Source: Lama guanicoe
Taxonomy: Eukaryota
Assembly: GCA_013239625.1 (NCBI GenBank)
Contig: MU053482.1
Span: 1,277,168-1,341,167, forward strand
Direction of reading: 5' to 3'
Length of the DNA stretch: 64,000 bases
The position numbers and the translations under genes were made by a program. Position 1 is the stretch's first letter, and each line of letters begins with the position of its first letter. Positions 39,661 through 51,379 of this stretch are shown here, in pieces. The notes below the pieces were generated by a model. It ran no database searches. It had not been told where the DNA came from and worked only from the letters and a program-made list of their open reading frames with translations.

Positions 39661-40618
39661 TAAAGTAATCTTCTTCTTGGCCCTGTTCTTAGATGCTTTC
39701 CAGGTTCTTCTCCAAGTAGAGGTGACGTTTTTTTCCTGGTCTGTGCCCTGCTAAGGCTTGAGTGCAGTTTTCTTGAGAGCTGTCAGTCTTATGTAGACTG
39801 TGAGAACTTAGGACTTGGCACTTCATCAAAAGCAAGGGGTGGCAATGTGGCAGACTTCTGTCTGGGACATTATCTCCATCTCACTGCTGTTGAATACCTT
39901 TAAAAAGTGCTTGAGAACAGCAGGGATTTTGGTACTGTGGAAGAGGCTCTGTTATCTAGAACGGTGATTTGGGTCGAGGGAGGGAACTTTCTGCCATAAG
40001 CAGCACTGTAGTACGGTCTGACGTGTCTGCCGGGAGTCTGTTAGGGGAGCAAAAAAGCACCAGGAACTGCTACTACCGCTACTCAAACAGTGCTGTTAGA
40101 TTTTCAGATATATTTTAATTACCAAGAAAAGAGACATTTTTATAAGAAGCTCAAATATTGTGGTTAAAGTAAAAGCCCGTCTTTTCTTTTTTTGGCGAAT
40201 GTACATCATTTTATGACATGTTTAGAACGTACATAAAAATTGATAATGTGCTAGACCATAAAGCGGACTTTCACAAATGCCAAGGAAAGGGGAACTTGAG
40301 CATACCTCCCCCTCCCAGCTTTTTATAGCCCAGACACTTACTCATAAAAGAACACTGTTAAGCATTGTTACGTCACCTCCCAGACACACATCATTACCTG
40401 TGGAGCTGGTAGTACTGTTTTCTAGCATCACACTTTGTGATTCTTTGAATTATGCTGTTTTCACTATCCAACATGTCTTATATTTCTGTGGTGGTCTGTA
40501 AATATCTACCCCATGGTTTAAAATACTACAAATTGTCCAGAAATATGGATGAACCCTAGTTTATTTATCCACTCCTCTGCTAATGGACTTTCAGGTTCAG
40601 ACAGCATTTTCAAAATCC

Positions 40619-40713
40619 TTTTTTTTTTTTTTTCCGGTTAATAGAGGAACTGGAGCTTGAACCCAGGACCTAGGGCATGCCAAGCACGGCTCTCCCACTG
40701 CTGTACTCTCCCC
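40619..40713 (-). mobile_element. Vic-1-like SINE, diverged
   Basis: Poly-T, then ttgaacccaggacctagggcatgccaagcacggctctcccactg. Confidence 0.8.
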
Positions 40714-40799
40714 TCAACCTTATTTTAAATGAATTTTTATTCAGTCCCAATATGTACAACACAGATTTGTTGATCTCCTCAATTAAGCTATTATGGAGA

Positions 40800-41010
40800 A
40801 CTCACTAATTTAGTACACAGTAACTTGGGCAAATTATCCATTTGTGCCTCATCCGTTCACTTTGTGCCTCAGTTTCTTTATGTGTAAAATGGGAATGAGT
40901 AAAAATAGTACCCACGTAATGGAGCTGTGGGCAAAATTAAATGAATTAATATAGGCAAAGTGCTCCGAACAATGCTGGCACATGGTGAGGGCCCCACATC
41001 GTGAGCACGG
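40800..41010 (+). mobile_element. MIR SINE
   Basis: acttgggcaaatta...tgtgcctcagtttcttta...taaaatggga...ggcaaagtgctccgaacaatgctggcacat. Confidence 0.75.
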
Positions 41011-41256
41011 TACTTGGACCACATTGTATTGGCCTCCATAGAATCGCTTTGGCCCATGTTGTCCACTAACCTTTGACCTCTTAAGGAAAGCAGTGAGCTC
41101 TCCTCAGCTCTGTTTACTGTGAGGATGTTATTGAGTGTTGTTTATCCCACTACACAAAGTCTCTCCGTGAAAACCAGGGACGTTTCTCCCTTCCTTAGAA
41201 GCTTGTGTTTCTCCTAGGCAGTCAGTTTGACTTTACCACACTGATCGGTGCATCTT

Positions 41257-41333
41257 GGAAGTACTGGGGATTGAACCTAGGACCTTGTGTATGCTAGGCA
41301 TGTAGTTTCTACCACTGAGCTACACCCTCTCCT
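41257..41333 (-). mobile_element. Vic-1-like SINE (tRNA-like head only)
   Basis: gtactggggattgaacctaggacct...ctaccactgagctacaccctctcc. Confidence 0.85.
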
Positions 41334-43522
41334 CCATCTGTGTTTCTTGTAACTCAGTAGTGCTTCCCTTTTTCCATTGACTGCTGGAGTGGATCCAGAT
41401 TTTAAAAAAAAAATCTAGCATGTGCTATAAACTCTATGGCATGCATTTTGTGTATTAACTTATAACATCACCTCCTTTGTTATATATATATATTTTTTGG
41501 TCAACTAGTGAAAATGGCTGCCTCTGGGTGACTGCGTGGGTAGGTCTTTTATTGTACGAACACACCGCACTCCGCATGGTCGGTGTGGCGGCTCGCTAGA
41601 GTCTTGCGAAAGGAGCTTCCCCTTTGGTCTTCCTTCCTTCACCTCCTGCTGGAGAAGTGGCAGCTGCCAGTGCGGGGTGGCCCTGCTCATGATGACTTTG
41701 GCCCTGGGGATGGACACGCCCAGCTCCACTGGGGTGCCTGGGTCCTTCCTACTCCCTCTCTCTCCTCTGAAAGTCACCATCATGTGAGTTCTTGGACAGA
41801 GAAGCAATTTGACCTGCTGTCAAGAATTACGTTCCTCTCTTTTGTGAGGTTCTAAGAAAATGTGGGTTATATCTTTGGATACTAGTCAGTGTTTGACCAT
41901 GCGATGACTGGAGTATTAAGTAATGGAACAATAATGAACTGCCATCAACACAAAGATGCCATTATTGATTGTTAAGGCCCTTTGTTTATGGTGTGAAAGG
42001 GCTTCCAGAACAATGAACAAGGTGCAGGCTGGAGAGGGGCTGGAGTCAAGGGCAGTATAATGGCAGGGATGCCAGTCACTCTAGCCTGTGTCTGGCACGG
42101 CTGCCCTGGGAAATGGCCCCTGGGCCCACCCTCGCACTGCGCCATTAACATACAGCCAGTGCATCTTTCATGAGTGATGTTTTGGTGCTCAAATGCAGAA
42201 TCTTTGCTCCCCACTTCTGTTTTTGAACCAGGGCTGGCTCTGCCACCTGCCCTCACCTAGGCAGTGCACTGGGAAAGGGGTGGGGCAAGGGAAGGAAGGA
42301 GGTGTCCTTTCTTAATGAAGGGGGCCTGGAAAGCCCATTCCAAAGGTTGGAATATGGGAAATGGGCACAGGAGTAGGGAGCCACCTCTGGCCCCTGTGCC
42401 TGGGTTCTTCTGACCCCCCGCCCCCTTTGTACAGTCGTGACTTTGGGGTATAGGGTGCCTCCCTTGTGAACATGGGAACATCAGTTCCTCTGGACCGGCC
42501 CAGATGATGGTGAGTGTCATTTCCCTGTTTAGCAGTAAGCTCTGCTTTGCAGACTGTGGAGCCCCTGGATGGCCTACGGCGGGCCTCTGATTTCGGCCTG
42601 ACCTTCATCACGGAGGAAGGGAGTATTGGTGGTGTTGGGCTGGCTCAGTTCCATGAGCAGCCACTTCCCTCCTCCCTGACTACAGCCAGGCCAGACACAC
42701 CCAGAGAGTGGCTGCAGCTCCTGCCTCTAGCTCAGGGCATTTTATAAGATTTGCCTCTCATCTGCCTTATCAGATCTTCTCCCTTTCCTCTGTTTTCCAT
42801 GGTTTCTGGCTACTTTACGTTTCCCTGGTTTTTCCCTCTGCTTGGCCCTTGAGATCCCTATGGCTGTTATTTCGGTTCTTCGCAAGATATTTCATCCTAG
42901 CTTGCTTCTCTCAGCTCCGGTGTTACAGAAACTCAATGTGCTGGCTTGGCTGCCAGGGCCTTTGTTGAGGGGTGGGATCAGCCACTTCCAGAAGGGACGT
43001 GTGAGTAGGGGTAGGGCCGGGCAGTTGGCATCCCTTATCCTCCGTGCGCTCTGTGATGCTCAGGACGGACCTCCACGCTGTGAGGTGTGCCTTGGCTCTG
43101 GAGAACCCCAGCGTGAGAGTCAGGAGACAAGATCTGTGTAGGGGTTGTTCCCACATAGTTCCTTGGTGAATGATACCTCCTCCCTGGTGTCCTCAAAGAG
43201 TAGACCCTTAGTGCTGTCAGTGCCTCTGGCAGGTTGTGCCTCCAATAAACCAGACCCAGCACGTCCAGCCCTGTCAAGCACCACTGGGTCTGGAGCTCCA
43301 CTGAGGCCTTTGCAGCCAAAGGTGAGGTCATCCAGCGGGTGGTGTTGCCAGCTTTCACGGCACGCCTATCAGTGGCATCTGCTCTGGTCCTCCTTGTAGT
43401 GGTTTTGAAATCCTGTGATTTCCTGTTGAGGTGGGTGGTTTCGCACAGATAATCAACAAAACTGCCCTCATAAATTGCATACTTCATTTAGAAGCTGCTA
43501 TGATGTTTTTCTAGCCTTTTAA

Positions 43523-43540
43523 GTGTGTGTGTGTGTGTGT
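43523..43540 (+). repeat. (GT)9 microsatellite adjoining the polypyrimidine tract of the 43559 exon
   Basis: Directly visible. Confidence 0.95.
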
Positions 43541-43558
43541 TTTCCCCCTTCCTTTTAG

Positions 43559-43651
43559 TCCCAGGTAAATCACCACGGTGCTGCTAGCAATGAAACGTAC
43601 CAGGAACGCTTGGCACGTCTAGAAGGAGACAAGGAATCCCTCATATTACAG
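43559..43651 (+). CDS. PPFIBP2: PPFIBP2 coding exon 3, SQVNHHGAASNETYQERLARLEGDKESLILQ, 93 nt
   Basis: Acceptor ttcccccttccttttag|; donor CAG|gtgggt; phase 0-0; start of liprin-beta coiled coil. Alternative in-frame acceptor 6 nt downstream. Confidence 0.94.
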
Positions 43652-44769
43652 GTGGGTCCTTTTTGGTGGGAACCAGCTTATTCGGTTACCTCCAACCCTA
43701 TGGCTGCTTCAAGTGGGAGGAAAGCACAAAGGACTTTCTCTGTGGGATGTTTCCTGATCCCAAAGTGTATATTTTTTGAAAGGCTTTTCCTGAAACAAAG
43801 CAAAAAGTAACTGGGGGCACAACTTAACTCTGGACGTGGCTTTGGGGACTGTGAATGGATTCATTATTTATCACGGCCTGCCAAGTACCTGCCTCTGCAC
43901 ACTGGAAGCTCTGTGGCCAGGCTGATTAAATGGGGCCTTGTCCTCAGGACTCTTTCAAAGGAGATAAGATGTGTCCTCATGTCACTAATAAAACAAAGCC
44001 TCTTTAAAAGCCTAACAGGGGATGCTAACAGGATGAGGCCCAAATCATTTGGAGAGCTGGATCTAGACTGATCGCTTTGTGGCCAGATCCCCTGGAGCTG
44101 GTAACATGGGCTAATAAGCCTTTGATGACTCTCTGACTTTGAAGAAAGGAACTCCAAAACTTTCCAGGGAGAAAGAGTCAAAGCTACAGTTTCAGTCCTG
44201 AAAACTTGTGTTCCTTGGTAGGACGTAAAGTCGAGTATTCTCAGTGGGGGATTTTTGCTGAGGTAGGAGCTCTCTGCTGGATTAGTTCTCAAATGCATGA
44301 ATATTCTCAAGATCTGGGATGCATCAGACACTGTGATTGACATTTTGGAGAATAAGAAGACTAATTTCCCAATCTTAGCTCCTTAGAAAGCTTGGAAGGG
44401 TGGTGGTGAAGGCTGGTAGTGGGATGGAGGGGAAGGGGGCAGGTGGGGTTCTGGAACCCTCCCTAGTCCTTGGACCTTAGCTTAGAGCACTTAGAGTTAG
44501 CGTTTGAGTTAAGGGGCTGCAGTGTGTTTGGCTTTTTTCTCTCTATTTTACCTTATTTCTTTTGATTCATTTCACTTTTTAATGAATGTAAGAGTAATCA
44601 AGTGATTACTTAAGAAACTTTGGAAGATCAAAAAGAGTTTAACATGTTGGCCTTTTCTTCCAGCCTTTTTTTCTCTGTCCTGCCCCTCTTTCAAATAATT
44701 AAGCTCAGACAAATACACACAATTACACCATTTGGCATCCTAGTGTTTTTTTTTTTCCTGTCCTTCACT

Positions 44770-45250
44770 TCATTGATTTGTTCATCAAAAAATATTTGCA
44801 TGCCCACAACTAGGTAGATGCTGGTTTTAGGGGCTGGGGATGTAGCAGACAGAAAATAGACGAAGCCCCTGTTCTAAAGCTTCTGTTCACGTGTGCGTGT
44901 GTGTGTGTATGCGTGTACACGAAACAAACCAATTCACAAAATGTTTCAGGTGATAAGTGCTATGGAGGAAAATAAAGCAGGATAAGGACTGTGTGGTCAG
45001 GGAGGACCTCCCTGATAGGAGACCTGGGGGAGGAGGAGGAAGCTGGGGAGGGAACCCCACGGGTACTGGGAGAAGCGCATTCCAGCCAGAGGAGGTGGTC
45101 CGTCCAGCACACACCCGCAGGTAGGAGTGTGCTTGGTGTATGGGAAGAGCAGGAAGGGGCCGTGTGGCTGGAGTTGGTGACCCCAAAGAAGCCTGGGAAC
45201 TGCCTTCAGAGAGGTAGCAAGGACCAGGTGATAATGCACGTTATAGCGCA
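44770..45250 (-). mobile_element. L2 3' fragment
   Basis: ttcattgatttgttcatcaaaaaatattt...gtgataagtgctatggaggaaaataaagcagg...gtggtcagggagga...gcattccag. Confidence 0.75.
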
Positions 45251-47543
45251 GATGTTTTGAGGGATGTGTAATCTGAAACTTCGTACCAATGACATGATTA
45301 ATGGAAGAGTGTCCAGTTTAGAATTTTGCAGCAAACAGTGTGAAATTGCAGACTGTTGAAGCAGGAACCTTCGTGGCTGAAACAACACATTCCTGTTTAG
45401 AGGATTACCATTGAATAAAGAAGTTCTGGGTCATGATCTCTTTGGCATTCACGGTTTTTAAAAATTCCGAATTCTTAAATAACCCTTGTTTGAAAATTCT
45501 GACACAATTAAGAAGCTGCTTTTCAGAAGTCAGAAGTGGATCCTAATGGTTTCTGGTTCTCCAGGAGGTGGGGCCAGACTTTCAGAGTTGCTCTTACGTG
45601 CTCACTGCTGTGTTGCAGAGGTCCTGTGGAGCAGGTTGGACAGACCCTCAGCCTGGTAGAGCCTCCTCCTTCATTCATGGGGCAGCTCAGCCAGACTGAA
45701 TTCATTGGAGCCCTTGGTTCAGAATATTCTCCTGTGTTTACTTGTAGAAGAACAGGGGAAATCACACAGAACAAAATCCTTTGTTTCCAGGCATAGTTAA
45801 AAACAAATGAAAGCAAAGTCTTTTATATCTTCATTGGAATGTAACTTCTTAATGCAAGAATTTTCATTTTTTTTTAACCTCTGTGTTCCCCTTAGTTTCT
45901 AAAATTATGCCTAGCATGTAGTAGGGGCTCAAAAATACTTGTGTTTCTTGAATAAGGTCACATTTAAAACCTTTATACATTTTTGTTCATAATTTTGAGG
46001 AGAATTTGTAAGGACCCACCAGCCCTGTGTATTTTGGGTCTTATATATATCTTATATGTTTAAACGTATGTATATATATCTTCTGTGTATCTTGAGTCTT
46101 ACAGGTGCCGCAAGCTACAGACCTGGAGACCACATGTTATATTCCTCTGTTTACTGCCAGCACATGGCCCGAAGGCGCAGTGCAGACTATAAGAGCTAAC
46201 CCTCACAATTAAGATTAACCATAGCACATCCTTCCCAAACAGAAACTCTGGCACCCAGGGAGCCAAGGCCACCCTTGGAATCCTATTCTTTTGAAAGTAG
46301 AGTTAGCAGTTGAAAAGGCCAGGACTGCTGATCATGTGAGACAGCAAGGTGATGATGGTCCTACTTGATGGAAGTCACATTTTGGGATTATAATTGAAAT
46401 GTTAGCACATTGTGCATCAACTCCAGGAATATATTTCACTAATTCATTAGCCACTTGGGAACATAAAAGTGGAATGGTTAAAGCAGCCATATTAATTAAG
46501 GTGAGCTCCTCTGTAAAAGGGAGCTTTATAATTCATAAAGTTGATTTAAACACGCACAATCTGAACATGAACTCCTTCATGCTCCAGCTATTACTCCTTT
46601 ACAGACTGAGATAATTTACGATAATCTGTCCGTAAATGGCGATGAGTCAACCATTGGTTAAAAACCAAAAGGCTTTAAAAGATCTCAATTTACCAGTCTT
46701 TGATTTCCTTCTTTTTGGGGGAAGTCACTCAGATGCTTTCTTCATCTTCCTGTTCCGAGGCACCTTCTAATAACGAGTAAGGAAAAGGATGCTGGGGGCA
46801 GTCTGCCGGTAGAGAAGGCAGTGAGACTCCTCCCAGCCTGTATGGAGGGCATCACTGAAATGACTTACTGTCCATGGGTTTTTGTGAATTAACAATTCCA
46901 ACAGATAACCTCAGTGTTCTTCAGAAAGACGACTTTTTTCCTGCCACTGTTTATGCAGTGTGGCTTGTGCGTGTTTATGGCTAAGAGTCATGTTTTGGCC
47001 TGTGAAGCACAGAAACCTTCCTGAAGCCAAGTTTTGTCAGTGCTAATACATGCCCTTTCCGTCCCACATTCCTTCGTTGCTTCAGAACCCTCGCCTGATA
47101 GGTGAGCAGCCCTCATACCCCGATGAGAGGGGCAGGGTCATTGGTTGGTTTCTGCAGAAGTGGGGATTGCACTTCCACATGAGGTGGCAGGAGCCCTGGC
47201 AAGCAGGCCAAGAGCTGCCCTGAGGTCCGGGCTGCCCGAGGGAGCTCTGTGAGAGGAAGAGGGGCAGGAGTCCCCCAGAGGCAGCTCCCGTGGCTGCTGT
47301 GTGTTTTTCTCCTGAGTATCGAGAGCAGGAAATGGGACCAACGTTTTCCAGGTGTGGCTGACACTTCCCAGCCAGGTAAGAAAACAACCAGGCTTTCCTT
47401 CATCCAGGACGCATCCCCTTACCTGCCACCTGCCTGAAAAAAAGCCGTTCCTCTCACTAGAGAATCAGTGGTGTGGCTTCACGGCTCAGCTGCAGCCGGG
47501 AGCCAGTCCTGCTCCTTCACCACTGCTCTGTTTCCTGGGACAG

Positions 47544-47657
47544 GTGAGCGTCCTCACAGACCAGGTGGAAGCCCAAGGAGAGAAGATTCGGGACCTGGAA
47601 GTGTGTCTGGAAGGACACCAGGTGAAACTCAATGCTGCCGAAGAGATGCTTCAACAG
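47544..47657 (+). CDS. PPFIBP2: PPFIBP2 coding exon 4, VSVLTDQVEAQGEKIRDLEVCLEGHQVKLNAAEEMLQQ, 114 nt
   Basis: Acceptor ctctgtttcctgggacag|; donor CAG|gtaagg; phase 0-0; conserved liprin-beta motif. Confidence 0.95.
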
Positions 47658-48473
47658 GTAAGGGCGGGTGGGGGACCCTTGGGGTCTGCAACTGCTCACC
47701 TGTCAAAGCCCCTTTCTGGGTCCAGGTTACAGCTGCTAACTTTCCCCTCCTGCCTGCAGGGAGGGTTGGCTGCTCAGGGTGCAGTGTTTATACAGCAGGT
47801 GAAACCAGCCTCAACGTTGAGAGTGGCAGAGGAGGGAGGGTGGGGAGGGGCTGGGCCAAGAGGAATAACTCGTCGGGCTGGTTAGACAGATTCCCAGTGC
47901 ACTTTCTCCAGGCCTGGTTCAGTGCAGGAGGGCTCTGCTGGCAGTGACACCCTCACCTTATCACAGGGACCACAGTTTGCCTGCTGGTGGCATTTGGGGT
48001 TTTTGAAAGTCAATTAGCTTATTTTGTGCCTCTTTCCCATTCTCACTCTCCCCACCTGTTACTCTATGCAGCGTTCTTTGATTAAACTAATTACATTTAC
48101 ATAAGTACTATTTTAATATAATTAAATACATATCAAAGTGAAAAAAAATTAGCTGCTCTTTTACCATTCAAAAAAATCTCTTTAGTGTCTTCTCTTTGTT
48201 TCTCTTTGGTCCTTTTTGTTACATGTACATGTCGTTTACAAAACTGTTCTCACTAGAGATATAATTTAGTCCTCCGATTTTGTGTGCTTAACATCATAGA
48301 GTGAGTTTTTTCCACTTTTAAATTCTGCTGTATCACTGTCTTTACTATCATTTATAGATTTTTGTCTTTGAGTTAAAGTATCATAATTAACACTTCTACT
48401 CTTGAACAGTCTGATCCTATTGTAAATAGTTTCTTTTGAGTGCATTTGAAGAACTTCTTAAAAAGTCAGTGTT

Positions 48474-48782
48474 GGTATCACAAGTGGAATCTAAAAAATA
48501 CAACAAGCTAGTGAGTATAACGAAAAAGAAACAGACTCACAGATATAGAGAACAAGCTGGTGGTTACTGGTGGGGAGAGGGAAGGGGGAGGGGCATTATC
48601 GGGGTGGAGGACTAAGGTATCAAATAAGCTACAAGGATATATTGAACAACACAGGGAATAGAGCCAATATTTTCTAATAATTACAAATGGAGTATAGTCT
48701 TTAAAAATTGTGAATCATATTGTGCACTTGTAACTTACATAATATTGCACATCAACTATACTTTAAGAAAAAAAGAATCTAA
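48474..48782 (+). mobile_element. 5'-truncated L1 3' end
   Basis: gtggaatctaaaaaatacaacaagctagtg...cagactcacagatatagagaacaa...catcaactatactt plus A tail; imperfect TSD at 48458-48473 and 48783-48798. Confidence 0.88.
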
Positions 48783-50277
48783 TTAAGAAGTCAATATTTT
48801 ATGCAAATATCTTTGTAAAAACTTTCTGCCAGCTTGGAAGCTGTTATTAGTTTATCCTCTCATTGCTGATTAATGTTACCATCTTCTCGGCTCCGTTTGG
48901 TTTTCTACTTAAACTGTGCCATTTCTCCTGCTCGTCGTATTCCCTGGAAATCTGAGTAGTGATAGGAGTTGAGTCTGTCTTTTTAATTATTTGCTCTTAA
49001 AAGTTGTCTTTCTTTTGAAGACTCAGTAAAGAAAATAGCCTGATGGAAAAAAATCTCAAGTAGCAGAAAAACATTTTCATGAAGTGTGCATAGGACAACC
49101 CACGAGACTGTTTTTTCAGGATGGCATAAGGGGTGTGGTTTAGGAGTGGGGACCAGGGAAGAAGATGATGGAGTGCGGTGTGAAAAAACAATAAAAACCC
49201 AAAAAACAAAACCTAGACAGAGACCAAGAAGATTTGCACATGGAAGGGAATGTGTCAAAAAATATCAGAGGTTGATGTTTCAGGAAGGCAGTGCCTGGTG
49301 AGTTACCACATGATTGGAGGTCAGAAGATGGCCCGTTGTGATGCCTGAGTTCTCTGACCGCCGCCTGGCTACTCTTCCAGGACTGCCTCACGCCCCTGTC
49401 TGTGGCAGTGTTTCTGCTCCCTTGTCAGAGTCTCTGCACGGAGGAGTCTGATGTCGGTTCCCAGCCCCACCTGGGGGACACTGTCTTGTCCTTCTAAGCA
49501 ATACCTCATAGACTGGCTTTTAGACTTTCAAAGAAGTCTTAAGCTCAGTTACCCCTTATATCCTGTTTATTCTAAATCTTCCCTCTCATGTGCTGTGAGT
49601 GAGGTAGCAGTCACGCGATTTGCAGGTGCCACTTGGAATGGTGGTCTTGGCTTGGTAGATTTTGGAATATAGTAGCTCTTACTTGCTACCACTGGGATTT
49701 AAAGATCTTCCTGAGCTTAACCAAGTAATTTTTATACTCATACCTCTTACTGCGTTCTCTCAGCCTTTCAAGGGTAAAATTATGGAGTGTGCAGTACCCC
49801 TTTCTTGGGGGGGTTTTAGGTCAAGTCACAGGAGGCATTTGCGCCTCCTCTCCCACTCATGTGTTTGCTGGGCTCGGGGACCTCCAAGCTGGAACTCTTT
49901 GGGTGGCTAGCTCTGAATCCTATGCCAGATGTTCTGCTCTGTGTCACGTGCTAATGCTTTTCTGAAATCTGCTTGATGCTGTTTGGAAAGATGCTTAGTT
50001 CTTGCACCACAGTGCTGGTGTGATGCCATCTGTAGCTTGGAGTACATATGTAAGTGTCCTCTGAAGCAGGGGCAGGAAGAGACTTGCCTGATTTGACTGT
50101 GATGTCCTGGGCCCCGGGGCGCTTGGCTTTGGTGGTAGGAACAGGCATGACTCACAGCCTTGAGGCAGAGAATGGAGGCAAACAGTTGCCTCTTTCTGCC
50201 AGACCATTCCTGCCCTGAGCCTGAGGAGCTCTGAAGGAGATCCTTTCACTGTCACAGCGTGGGGCTTTCTGATTGCC

Positions 50278-50699
50278 TTTTTATTTTTTTAATTGAAGTA
50301 TAGTTGATTTGTATTAGTTTCTGGTGTACAGCATAGTAATTCAATTACACATTTATATATTCTTTTTCATATCCTTTTTCATTATAGGTTATTACAAGCT
50401 ATTGAATAAAGTTATAGTTCCCTATGCTGTACAGTGGGACCTTGCTGTTTATCTGTGTTGTTCAGAGTAGTTTGTATCTGCTAATCCCAAACTCCTAATT
50501 TATCCCAGCCCTGCTCCCTTTTCCCCTTTGGTAACCATAAGCTTGAAAGAATGAAATAATGCCGTTTGCAACAACATGGATGGACCTAGAGATGACCATA
50601 GTAAGTGAATTAAGTCAGAGAAAGACTAATATCATATGATATCGCTTATAAATCATCTAAAAAAAATGACACTAACTTACAAAACAGAAACAGACTCAC
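50278..50699 (-). mobile_element. L1 3' end with 5' inversion
   Basis: Antisense tail segment 50278-50545 joined to a sense segment 50546-50699 from the adjacent upstream L1 region. Confidence 0.85.
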
Positions 50700-51308
50700 T
50701 ACCTGCCTATTGACACTGCTTCCCTTGGGCAGCGGCCCCCGCCAGCCCTGCACACCGAGCACACCCCCAGAAGCCCAAGAGGGAGGGAGTTAGCTCCCCA
50801 CCCAACTCATGAGCCACAGACCCCTGGGCCTGCTGTGGCCCGGTCCCCCGCCAAGTGCTGATGTCTCGGCTCTCATCTGTTTCTTCTACATATTAACCTG
50901 TCTGGTCTCCAGAAAGTGAGAGTGTGAAGACCCATGTGGTTAGACAGGCAAACCAGGACCAAACAGAATGAGCACAGAGGCAGGGCCACGTGAGCCACAG
51001 ACAGATTATGGACACATTTGAGGGCAAAATATTTCTCGTCTGCAGCCCTTTGCAGGACACAGGGTGGGAATGGGCCAGCTACAAGCATCTCTTGGGACTG
51101 CCTGTGGAAACACCTACTCAGATATGGTCTCTGACTCACTGAGTGTGTTTGGATTCCCCAGGGAACCTTCCCTATCGGGCCACAGCCCAAGTCCATTTTT
51201 TACTGGTCTGGAGTGGTCTGAACCACTGGTCTGGGTATAGAGCTCACAGGACTTAGCCTTGTCCCCTGATCCTTAAGTAGGTCAAGGCATTCCCCGGCTT
51301 CATCTTTT

Positions 51309-51379
51309 TAAAATAATTAATTGATTTTTAGTTGAAGTATAGTTAGTTTACAATGTTATATCAATTTCTGGTGTACCTG
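51309..51379 (-). mobile_element. Very short L1 3' tail
   Basis: ttgaagtatagttagtttacaatgttatatcaatttctggtgtac flanked by ct(t/g)catcttt repeats. Confidence 0.75.

Noticed and set aside
47352..47885. 177-aa ORF as a stand-alone gene
   Set aside because: It is coding exon 47544-47657 plus intronic read-through; the same applies to 57477-58010, 13651-13950 and 1391-1606.
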